Of a stretch of 64,000 nucleotides of DNA, positions 1 to 10,392 are shown piece after piece. The stretch covers positions 62,001-126,000 of the forward strand of contig NIVC01000190.1 of the NCBI GenBank assembly GCA_002269645.1. The letters are read 5' to 3'. Below the pieces are notes generated by a model. That model ran no database searches. It was not told the DNA's origin and was given only the letters and a program-made list of their open reading frames with translations. Position numbers and translations under genes: made by a program. This DNA is from Macrostomum lignano (lineage: Eukaryota). The number at the start of each line of letters is the position of its first letter. The stretch's first letter is position 1.

Positions 1-902
1 AAGGTTAAAAGGAACTGTAAAAGAAGATTCAAACCACTAATTGACGAGAAATATAGAAAGGTTCATCATAGAGCTGAGCTGACGAAAGCGGATTCGATGG
101 CCGAGTAGGCTGAAATTCGTGAGAGAGGCAATGACAGATCAATAACAGAAGCGGTCCCGGACCACGGAGGCAGGGAAGGTCCAGGAGAATATTTCGTAGA
201 AAAAATAAGAAGATTAAGCCATCATATGCGTGAACGAAAATATGAAAGTCGGTAAAATGATTGGCTTATCATATGATTGCTCACCAACTCATTCAGTATA
301 ATAGGACTGGTATAGTCAAATCATTTTATTTTCAGTTTTAGTAACTTTTGTCGTTTTTAAAAATGCCCTTCAACTTCTTGTAGGCTCGTACTCGGATGAC
401 CTTTTTTAACTAATGGAATCTTACGTTTGTTAACATGCATTTGAAGCATACAAATTTTGACCTAAATTAGTTTTAATGAGTTTACAGTTAGTATTTGATA
501 TGATTCGGTATTTATTTTCAAAATGCTTTATTTTCATTCACCTTCTTGTATTCACGCGACGCAACTAACTAATGCGATCGTACATTTGTTTAACCCGATT
601 AACCCGATTAATAATGCTAAATAAATTGGTTTGAACTTGGGATATTTTCATTAAATGACGTCGTAACCCTTTTATCTGTTCTTTTTGAGAATTTCTGTTT
701 TAATTAGTTCAAAAGAACAGTTTAAAGCAATAAATTTTCTACAACGAAAGAGGTCTAACTAAACCAACTGTTTTTTGCGGTCCACCTAACCCGGTCCCCA
801 AAACGTAGTTTGTGAACCACCACAGTTTCCCCGAACTGGCTATTCCGTCAAGTTAACAAAAAGATAACCCTAGCTAGCCTTTCGCGTTGTCAAAACAGAC
901 TC

Positions 903-1024
903 TATTTTTTAACCGAAATTGCGTGGTCCACGTAACGCATTAACATAACTCAGGTCCCGCTAAACACACAGACAGTCGTAAGAGTGTCTGTCTGTCTGTC
1001 TGTCTTAGTGTCTGTCTGTCTTAG

Positions 1025-1065
<41 letters not shown>

Positions 1066-1068
1066 TAG

Positions 1069-1101
<33 letters not shown>

Positions 1102-1104
1102 TAG

Positions 1105-1145
<41 letters not shown>

Positions 1146-1590
1146 TAGTGTCTATCTGTCTGTCTGTCTTAGTGTCTGTCTGTCTGTCTGTCTTAGTGTC
1201 TGTCTGTCTGTGTCTGTCTGTCCTAGTGTCTGTCTGTCTTAGTGTCTGTCTGTCTCTGTCTGTCTGTCTGTCTGTGTCTGTCTGCCTGTCTGCCTGTTCG
1301 CAACCTCAGCCCTTTCACGCTGATGCTGATAACTAAAGCTATAATTCCCAGGGTTCCTCACCCCGACTCGAAGGTTCCTACTTTCTTCCACTTGTTGGAG
1401 TTGCCGGCCCCAGTGCCAGGCTCTGGCTGTAATTTTTCCCTGCAATTCCCCTCGATTCAGTTGTAATGGTTATAATTAATCAATCTCGTTAGTCAAGTGT
1501 CTTACTATTAATAGGCGGGTCCTGTAAGCCGAGTGGCTGAAGACTGAAGCCAAGTGGGCACTCGACATTGGATTGTTGCAATTACTGAAT
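903..1590. mobile_element. Possible non-autonomous Helentron/DINE-1-like element carrying a (TGTC)n microsatellite
   Basis: Starts in a T-run (TTTTTTAACCG). Inverted pair CAGGTCCCGC (951-960) / GCGGGTCCTG (1515-1524), 9/10 match, flanks a GTCT-type microsatellite. A stem-loop follows (CGAGTG 1530-1535 / CACTCG 1559-1564). This matches the DINE-1/HINE layout; boundaries approximate. Confidence 0.35.
984..1297. repeat. (TGTC)n microsatellite with periodic TTAG interruptions
   Basis: Direct reading; explains the low-complexity ORFs at 1148-1466. Confidence 0.97.
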
Positions 1591-1739
1591 TAGAAAAGCT
1601 TTAATGGATTTCGCTCTCCTTGCTCAGATCGGCTTTACTTAAAGAAATTGACACTTTCAAAAACTTAATTCAACTGCAGATCTAAGCTTTCAAGCTTCTT
1701 GTTCTAATTTATGAGTAATCAAAAGTTCTCAGTAATATA

Positions 1740-1994
1740 AATGGATTGTTAATCTATCCTTTCAGAATGGATTGCTAGTCTATCCTATCAGAATGGATTG
1801 CTAATCTATCCTTTCAGAATGGATTGCTAGTCTAGTCTATCAGAATGGATTGCTAATCTATCCTATCAGAATGGATTGCTAATCTATCCTTTCAGAATGG
1901 ATTGCTAGTCTAGTCTATCAGAATGGATTGCTAATCTATCCTATCAGAATGGATTGCTAATCTATCCTATCAGAATGGATTGCTAATCTATCCT
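1740..1994. repeat. 26-bp minisatellite (GAATGGATTGCTAATCTATCCTATCA), about 10 copies
   Basis: Direct tandem copies; unit contains the near-palindrome TGGATTGCTAATCTA. Confidence 0.93.
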
Positions 1995-2155
1995 GCTGAA
2001 ACGAAAAAGTTTTACAATTTATTTTGTAATTTTCTTCTTCAAATGAATATTTTCAATAAATTTCAAATAAAATCCTGAATATCGTACTGAAAATTAGGTC
2101 AGTAGCAATCAAAGCAAATTGCAACCTAAATTACAACTTTTTTAATCGTTGTCAG

Positions 2156-3717
2156 GCTATCGACACGTCCGCCTGCTAGACAGCGACGGCGAGCCGCTGC
2201 CGGAGGCGCACCTGTTCCTGCACGTGGCCGTGACGAACCGGCACGGCGGCGGCCGGCTTGGCAAACGAAGCTTCGCCTCCTCGAACAAGAAATCTTCAAA
2301 TTCAACAAATTTCAACGTCGGCTCCTCTTTGGAACCGAATTTAAAAGGGCGCACCAGCAGCGGCGGCAGCGAAGGCGGAGGCGGCGGCGGCGGCGACAGC
2401 GGCGATCGAGTCGAGTCCATCGGGTCCGGCGGCGGCTATCCGCGACTCCGGCCGACCGGATTTCGCGACATCGACGACGCGTTTAAAGCGGCTCTGCCGA
2501 CACTGCGCGAGGCGGCCGGACTGCGCGAGGGATTCGACAGGGCGCTGGCCGGGCTGCAGGACGCCTGCGGCCTGTCGCACATCGCCAATGTGAAGCAGTG
2601 CGTCAGGGTCATGGCCGCCAGAGCCAGCAGCTGCGCCGCTGCCGCCTCATCTGGGGCTTCTGCTGCTGCTGGCTCAGACTCAACAGCCACTTCAGGCCCG
2701 CAGGCTGTCGGTCTCCGAATGATCTGCAAGGCCAGCTGCCCCTGTCTGGAAGCGCTGGTGCCGCTGCCTGAACCGTTGAAAAAATCTCTAGTCGCGTTTG
2801 AGCAGGTCGGTGTGTTTATTTGAGTTCGTTTGACGCAATAGCATCAAATTCTTAGTGAACTACTAATAAGTAAGCAAAGGGGGGTGGCGAAATATAATTT
2901 GTGTAAAAATTCAAACTGCACTACTTTTAAGTAGTTAAAATGGGAATATTTACTGTGTAATTTAATTTGTGTAAAAATTCAAACTGCGCTACTTTTAAGT
3001 AGTCAAAATGGGAATATTGGTTGCGTAATTTAATTTCTGTAAAAATTCAAACTGCACTACTTACAAATAGGCAAAATGGGAAAATGGGATTGCGCAAATT
3101 AATTGTGTAAAATTCAAAATGCACTAGTTACAAGCGGCAAAAATGGGAATATTGATTGCGCAATTGAATTTGTGTAAAAATTCAAACTGCACTACTTTTA
3201 AGTAGGCACAATGAGAATATATGTTGCGTAATTTCTTTCGAGTAAAAATTCAAACTGCACTACTTACAAGTGGGCAAAATGAAAATATTGATTGCTTAAT
3301 TTCTTTAGAGTAAAAATTCAAACTGTACTACTTAAAAGTAGGCAAGATACGAATATTGCATGTATAATTTGTTTTGTGACATATAAAAACCTTGTACTAA
3401 TTTAATTTTCTCCAAAACAATTGCAGCTGGTTACGGAGAGCAAGAAGCTGATGCAGCTAGGGCCGGGCATGCACACCCGACTGCAAGACTGCGAGGCCGC
3501 CTGCATGCAGTTCTACGACGATTTGGCACCCATGTGCTCATCGGCCGGCTATAAGCCACGCAAGGTGGCCAAAATTGCCGACAGTTTCGCTTGGAACGTC
3601 CGCGTTCTTCGCGGCCAGGCGGACCTGCTTGCGCGGGCGGTCAATGGCGCCAGGTGCACCATGGTGCAGGCCGAGGAGGCTGGGGAGGCCACAGGCCTGG
3701 CCATGACTGCAGTGTGA
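2156..3717 (+). CDS. PLCL: Phospholipase C-like protein (PLCL1/PLCL2/PRIP family), last two coding exons 2156-2805 and 3427-3717
   Basis: GYRHVRL..GEPLPEAHLFLHVAVTNRHGGG matches the PLCL2 end-of-C2 sequence GYRHVPL..GEVLAHASLFVHVAITNRRGGG. IDDAFKAALPTLREAAGLRE..LQDACGLSHIANVKQC and SFAWNVRVLRGQADLL match the PLCL C-terminal domain (SFTWNITILKGQADLL). TGTCAG acceptor (phase 1), CAG|GTCGGT donor and TTGCAG acceptor (phase 0) are compatible; TGA at 3715-3717. Upstream exons lie outside the window. Confidence 0.9.
2893..3365. repeat. 68-bp intronic tandem repeat, about 7 diverged copies
   Basis: GTAAAA(A)TTCAAA recurs at 2903, 2971, 3039, 3107, 3174, 3242 and 3310. Confidence 0.92.
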
Positions 3718-4167
3718 TGATGGAGCTGGAGCTGTGATTTGATTATTATCAAGAAAAGTTTTATTAAGGCCGGCTTTTCCCAAAAAGTGCTTGCGTATTT
3801 TTCGCGTAAAACCGGCCTTCAATTTTGTTCTAAGAAACAGATTCCAGTACTTGCCGGGATACTGCTGAACAGGTTTAACATGCTTTTGGACACACGCACT
3901 TATTTTTCTATGTTACCAGTCGACACGAAACAAGCTTATATATATAATTAATTGCTATATTTCTGTTTATAACGTGAAACTTTTTACTGCCATTAATATG
4001 GATAATGTGCATGGGTATCCATTTTAAATGCAACCAAAAATAGTTTAAAATACTTTACTGTTAAACAGTTTAAACACAATTGTCTCTACCCGTAGATTTT
4101 CACTGTAAACCCGTAGAGAAAATGTCATTACATTTCAAAGGCATCGTTTTCATTTTGAGTGCGTGCA

Positions 4168-4510
4168 TTTCAGTTGTAGTGGCGCCATTTAAGTTCTGGT
4201 GGCACCATTTGAGTTCTAGTGGCACCATCTCAGTTGTGGTGGCGCCATCTCAGTTGTGGTGGCACCATCTCAGTTGTGGTGGCGCCATCTCAGTTGTGGT
4301 GGCACCATTTCAGTTGTGGTGGCGCCATTTCAGTTGTGGTGGCGCCATTTCAGTTTTGGTGGCGCCATTTCAGTTGTGGTGGCGCCATTTCAGTTTTGGT
4401 GGCGCCATTTCAGTTGTGGTGGCGCCATTTCAGTTGTGGTGGCGCCATTTCAGTTGTGGTGGCGCCATTTGAGTTCTGGTGGCACCATCTCAGTTATTGG
4501 GGCGCCATTT
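4168..4510. repeat. 20-bp minisatellite (CAGTTGTGGTGGCGCCATTT), about 17 copies
   Basis: Direct tandem copies; source of the repetitive ORFs at 4080-4679. Confidence 0.96.
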
Positions 4511-5377
4511 CATAATTTGTCGCCATCACCATGTGCAAAAGGCGCCATATGCTACTCCCCTGCAACACAGGGTGCTCACACCCATTGTATGTTGGATATT
4601 GCAAACGCAACATGAAGTGTTGAATGCGACATCCGATTTACTATTTTTATCTCCCTATTTCTACACCGCACAAATTTAACTACTATTAGTAGTTTTTGTT
4701 AAAATTCAATTATTATAAAAACTCAAGCTTAACTGCAAGCGTACTTTTTAAAAAACCATGCAGCTGTACTTGTTTATTTCCCGCAATTAAAAATGATTAA
4801 TTACTTAGTTGATCTCCATATTTTTATATGTTTAGACCCAGAGATTCATTTTCTATAAATAAGAAAACAATTTTTTATATTCCAACAAATATTTCGCAAT
4901 GCTAACCGTAACCATAATTCATGTACACGCCGTGTAAATGCATGCGATCCTTACCATGTACAAGACATAAATTTTGTTAAATTATACACACGTTTCTTTG
5001 CGTAGAATAAAGAATTATCTATGTATTAGATAAATTAAATTTTAACTGCGTTTTTTAAATTAATTAATTCATTAAAGAATTCATTTCCATGTTTACTGTT
5101 TGCACAGAGTGTACATGCATGCTCAAATAAAATATTCAAATAGTTAATAGCTAATTAAATTCGAGTTCTTAGCATACAGTCCCAGTATGACATAAATTAG
5201 AATTTTATTTAAACAATGTACATCAGTATTTACTATAGCTCAATATACATTTTAAGAACTGTGACAAAATTTATGCTATTAAAGTTATATGAAAATATTA
5301 AAAGCGTAATAAATAAACTTTAGCTACTCCGCCGATATCGGTGCGTATCGGAGCCTATTTTTACAACTCTCTATCCC

Positions 5378-5620
5378 TCCTGTCCCTCTCTAGATCTCAC
5401 ACCTCCCTCTCTAAATCTCAGATCGCCCTCTCTAGATCTCACACCTCCCTCTCTAGATCACACACCTCTAGATCTCACATCTACATTTTCTAAATCTCAC
5501 ACCTCCCTCTCTAGATCTCACATCTACCTCTCTAGATCTCAAATCTACCTCTCTAGATCTCACATCTACCTCTCTAGATCTCAAATCTACCTCTCTAGAT
5601 CTCACACCTACCTCTAGCGA
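5378..5620. repeat. 21-bp minisatellite (CTCTCTAGATCTCACATCTAC), about 11 copies
   Basis: Direct tandem copies, each containing the palindrome AGATCT. Confidence 0.93.
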
Positions 5621-5670
5621 TTTAACAAAGAAGTCAGTACCAGCAAGCAAAAAGCATGTAGTAAAAGCGG

Positions 5671-5916
5671 TCACTTCGCTTGGCGAGCGGATTCCAACTG
5701 CTGCTGCTGCTGCAATCGAGTCCTCGCTCTCATCTCAGCAAGCTCAGCCTCGATAAAGTCTAACCTGTGATCGTCAGAGAACCTATACTTATAGTAGCCA
5801 ATACCGCTCGAGAACAAGCTGCCAAACAGAAACACCGTGACCAGCTTGTGCTTCGGCACTGTGCGGAGTTTCGATTTAAAAGCAGCAATAAATGTGTTTG
5901 TAGGATTCGAACTCAT
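5671..5916 (-). CDS. 81-aa single-pass membrane protein, probably COA3/CCDC56-like cytochrome c oxidase assembly factor
   Basis: ATG-to-TGA single-exon ORF with an in-frame stop just upstream. LVTVFLFGSLFSSGIGYYKYRFSDDHRLDFIEAELAEMRAR aligns without gaps to the human COA3 segment [41 protein letters not shown] (recalled from memory, not searched): TM helix, GYxxYxxS, LDxxExE coiled coil. Confidence 0.6.
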   Translation of the reverse strand: MSSNPTNTFIAAFKSKLRTVPKHKLVTVFLFGSLFSSGIGYYKYRFSDDHRLDFIEAELAEMRARTRLQQQQQLESARQAK

Positions 5917-5985
5917 GACCTTTGTTCATGAAATTGGAATTAGTCAGTCTCTAAAAAATTCTCTTTATAAAAACTTTCATTGAGT

Positions 5986-6835
5986 TGGATTCAACTGATT
6001 GGGATTTCACTGAGAGGATTCCACTGATTGGGATTCCACTGATTGGGATTCAACTGATTGGGATTTCACTGATTGGGATTTGACTGATTGGGATTTGACT
6101 GATTGGGATTCCACTGATTGGGACTCCACCGATTGGGACTCCACTGACTGGGATTTCATTGATTTACTGATTGGGATTTCACTGATTGGGACTCCACCGA
6201 TTGGGACTCCACCGATTCGGACTCCACCGATTGGGATTTCACTGATTGGGATTTCATTGATTTACTGATTGGGATTTCACTGATTGGGACTCCAATGACT
6301 GGGATTTCATTGATTCACTGATTGGGATTTCACTGATTGGGACTCCACCGATTGGGACTCCACCGATTCGGACTCCACCGATTGGGATTTCACTGATTGG
6401 GATTTCATTGATTTACTGATTGGGATTTCACTGATTGGGACTCCAATGACTGGGATTTCATTGATTCACTGATTGGGATTTCACTGATTGGGACTCCACC
6501 GATTGGGACTCCACCGATTCGGACTCCACCGATTGGGATTTCACTGATTGGGATTTCACTGATTGGGATTTCACTGATTGGGATTTCACTGATTGGGATT
6601 TCACTGATTGGTATTTCACTGATTGGGATTCCACTGATTGGGATTTCACTGATTGGGATTTCACTGATTGGGATTCCACTGATTGGGATTTCACTGATTG
6701 GGATTCCACTGATTGGGATTTCACTGATTGGAATTCGACTGATTGGGATTCCACTGAGAAAATTGCACTGATTGGGATTCCACTGATTGGGATTCTACTG
6801 ATTGGGATTTCACTGATTGGGATTTCACTGATTGG
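5986..6835. repeat. 15-bp minisatellite (CACTGATTGGGATTT), about 55 copies
   Basis: Direct tandem copies; source of ORFs 6080-6268 and 6458-6754. Confidence 0.97.
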
Positions 6836-7464
6836 TTAGCCTAGCCTAGTCCCAAAGTCGTATTGAACTGAAAGCAAGAGCCAAACTGCTTGACATTTTC
6901 CAGGAGCAGATCATACCAATAAGCAGACAGAGCACCTATGACTAAGAATATTTCGAAATTTCAATTAAGAAACCAACAGGAGTCGAATACGCTACTGTAA
7001 GTAGTAAAAAAGCAGCACTTTATATATTATAGTCGGTGTAACTTGCGGTGTCGAGCGCATTATTTAAAAAGTTGAATGCAGAGAGAAGTGGTTAATTGCT
7101 GAGCGTAACTTTACGTGCCCAACATGAAATTAATACCAAAGTAATAGTACAGAATATATGACAAAAAAACTCTAAAATCATTATTTAAATGCAAATAGAT
7201 ATCGGAATTAACTAGTTTAAGAACAAGCTGAGAACAAAGTATGTACAATTTTACTCACTTAGAAGCGGTAAGTAGTGCAAGTAGCATATAAAATTTTTCA
7301 ATAATGAGGAAAAAAAATTATGATTTGATCATATTTCCTATCACAGCTACTGAATAAGTAGAAACAGACATTTTGTTGCTATTTTCTCAGATTAGAGGAT
7401 AAAAACTTAACTTTCTACTTACAAGCACGTAGTAAGTAGTTTAGTTAGGACATTGTAAATTTCG

Positions 7465-10392
7465 CTACAGGGGGCAATCGGCATCGCCAACCAGCGCCAG
7501 TCGTTCCTTCACAAGCCGCTGCCTCCAATCGATGAGATCCTGCAGGTAGCGATGCAGTTGAGCTTCGGTCAAGTCTGCGCGATGCTGCAACAGCGGATGC
7601 AGGCGCAACAGTCTCAAAGCCTGCTCTTTGGCCTCAGAAAATAAATGAAGATCCCGCTGGTTGATCGGCCCGGCTAGAGCTGTCAGAATCTCGCCTTTAG
7701 TCAGACCGTGCTTCATCAGAGCCAAGTAAAGGCCGAGTCGTCGCAGGCGTGATCTAGCAATGCTGCTGGCTCGCCAAGACGATGCCAGAGTGTCCGTCAG
7801 TGCGGCCGCGTCCGCTGCCACTTCTGAGCTGGCGTGACGAGCAGCGCCATCGGGCGATAGCAGAGAGTAGAATGCGTTCTGGAGTGGTGGGTGAGAATGC
7901 ACTTCATGTACATTGCATCGATTATCCCAATGTACATTGACTGGATTTCCTACCCCCATCCCAATGTACATTCACTGGATTTCCTACCCCCATCCCAATG
8001 TACATTACTGGATTTCCTACCCCCATCCCAATGTACATTAACTGGATTTCCTACCCCCATCCCAATGTACATTAACTGGATTTCCTACCCTCATCCCAAT
8101 GTACATTAACTGGATTTCCTATCCCCATCCCAATGTACATTAACTGGATATCCTACCCCCATCTCAATGTACATTAACTAGATTTCCTACCCCAATATCT
8201 GGATGTACATTAAGTGGATTTCCTACCCCAATATCTGGATGTACATTAAGTGGATTTCCTACCCTAATATCTGGATGTACATTAACTGGATTTCCTACCC
8301 CAACATCTGGATGTACATTAACGAGATTTCCTACCCCAATATCTGGATGTACATTAAGTGGATTTCCTACCCTAATATCTGGATGTACATTAAGTGGATT
8401 TCCTACCCCAATATCTGGATGTACATTAACTGGATTTCCTTTCTTAATGCTCTCTTGATTAAATTGTTGCCTCAAACGTACATTAACTAGCAAGATTTGC
8501 CACTTACATCATTATTTTCACATAGAAAAGCCGCAGCGGACCCTCCAGTCAGGTTCCAGCCGCGTTCAACTAGAGAACGTTTAACAGACTCCATAATTTT
8601 CAGACTGGCGCAAGAAGGCGCCTGGCATACTAGCTTAGCTTTTGCCAGACTAACCCCCGGACACAGCAGGTGCAATACGCAGGCTAACTTGCCACGCAGG
8701 CCGGACTCTCGAATATTCGGCTTCTCGGCCAATAACTGTCCGAGCGCCAGGCGAATCCGGTCTAAATCGCTTTGATTGCGAATGCCGAGCGCTTGCGACA
8801 GGCCAACCAGCCTGCGAGACATCCTGCGACCGAGCGGCGTTCGAAGCAACAGCTTATTACTATCAGTAGTAGTTGTTGTTGTTGCACGATTAGCACTTGA
8901 GTTTGCATTAGATACACCCAAGCAGCGAGCCAGAGCCACTCGAGACCGGGCCTGGTAGTTGGAATTTGAGATTGATATAGTATAGGCCAGACAGCACTGG
9001 ACTGAATTACAGATCATTAGTTCCTCGTCTACGACAACTGACTGCCAGAATGTGACACTGCTAACCCTAATATTAAATCCAAGTCTATCTAAAATATAAA
9101 CCCTAACCTAAAACCTGACCTAGACCCTATTCTAAAACCAAATCTAAGCCCTAACCTAAAACCTGACCTAGACCCTATTCTAGAACCAAATCTAAGCCCT
9201 AACCTAAAACTTGACCTAAACCGTAATCTAAAACCAAATCTAAACCCTAACCTAAAACCTGACCTAGACCCTATTCTAAAACGAAATCTAAGTCCTAACC
9301 TAAAACTTGACCTAAACCCTATTCTAAAACCAAATCTAAGTCCTAACCTAAAACTTGACCTAAACCGTAATCTTAAACCAAATCTAAACCCTAACCTAAA
9401 ACCTGACCTAGACCCTATTCTAAAACCAAATCTAAGCCCTAACCTAAAACCTGACCTAGACCCTATTCTAAAACCAAATCTAAGCCCTAACCTAAAACTT
9501 GACCTAAACCCTATTCTAAAACCAAATCTAAGCCCTAACCTAAAACCTGACCTAGACCCTATTCTAGAACCAAATCTAAGCCCTAACCTAAAACTTGACC
9601 TAAACCGTAATCTAAAACCAAATCTAAACCCTAACCTAAAACCTGACCTAGACCCTATTCTAAAACCAAATCTAAGTCCTAACCTAAAAGTTGACCTAAA
9701 CCCTATTCTAAAACCAAATCTAAGTCCTAACCTAAAACTTGACCTAAACCGTAATCTAAAACCAAATCTAAACCCTAACCTAAAACCTGACCTAGACCCT
9801 AATCTAAAACCAAATCTAAACCCTAACCTAAAACCTGACCTAGACCCTAATCTAAAACCAAATCTAAACCCTAACCTAAAACCTGACCTAAACCCTAATC
9901 TAAAACCAAATCTAAACCCTAACCTAAAACTTGACCTAAACCGTAATCTAAAACCAAATCTAAACCCTAACCTAAAACCTGACCTAGACCCTATTCTAAA
10001 ACCAAATCTAAACCCTAACCTAAAAACCTAATCTAAAACATAATCTAAAACCTAATCTAAACCCTAATCTAAACCTAACCTCAACCCTAACCTAAATCTT
10101 AACCTAAAGCATAATTTAAACCAAAACCCAAAACCTAACCTGAATCAGGTCAGCTACTGACACCATTAAACAAATGAGTTACCTGAGCAAATGCAACGCC
10201 TTCAGTATCAAACGGCGCTCCACCAACGGCATCTGGATCGGTGACAAGCTCGCAACTACCCATTAAAACTGTTGCCCCAGTGGCTGAATCAACTTTAACA
10301 GCCTGGTCTTGCACTGCGCCGCAATCTAAGCAGGCCTTATCGTGCGACAGAGTGGCTTTGGCCACCTCACCATTGCAGAACTGGCAGAGTTT
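7465..10392 (-). CDS. BRF2: TFIIB-related factor, BRF2-like (RNA Pol III type-3 promoter initiation factor); exons 10392-10183, 8951-8508, 7878-7465
   Basis: First exon reads KLCQFCNGEVAKATLSHDKACLDCGAV (CxxC-x14-CxxC TFIIB-type Zn ribbon). The next exon has a cyclin-fold-like helical region (RRLVGLSQALGI..KLACVLHLLC). The last exon has LTEAQLHRYLQDLIDWRQRLVK, resembling BRF2 [22 protein letters not shown]. All junctions are phase 0 with GT/AG; TAG at 7467-7465. No initiator ATG found in this exon. Confidence 0.68.
7915..8447. repeat. Composite intronic minisatellite: 34-bp unit (7915-8180) switching to a related 36-bp unit (8180-8447)
   Basis: Shared core GTACATTAACTGGATTTCCTACCCC; the period changes from 34 to 36. 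Confidence 0.93.
9101..10140. repeat. 48-bp higher-order repeat built from eight degenerate CCCTAA (telomeric TTAGGG) hexamers
   Basis: Unit CCCTAA CCTAAA ACCTGA CCTAGA CCCTAT TCTAAA ACCAAA TCTAAG, about 19-20 copies, decaying into simple hexamers at the right end; lies in a BRF2-like intron. Confidence 0.92.

Noticed and set aside
6890-6945. Possible extra terminal exon on + (TTTTCCAG|EQIIPISRQSTYD*)
   Set aside because: No gene needs it (PLCL ends at 3717) and no homology is recognisable.
4168-8447. Regularly spaced short repeats resembling a CRISPR array
   Set aside because: Units are head-to-tail with no unique spacers, there are no cas genes, and the context is eukaryotic.
4080-8493. 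Repetitive ORFs (WWRHFSCGG, REVDLRS, SQSVK, MYIKWISYPNIW); also YLSI at 59362-59958
   Set aside because: Translations of mini- and microsatellites; the Zn-finger-like look of some is coincidental.
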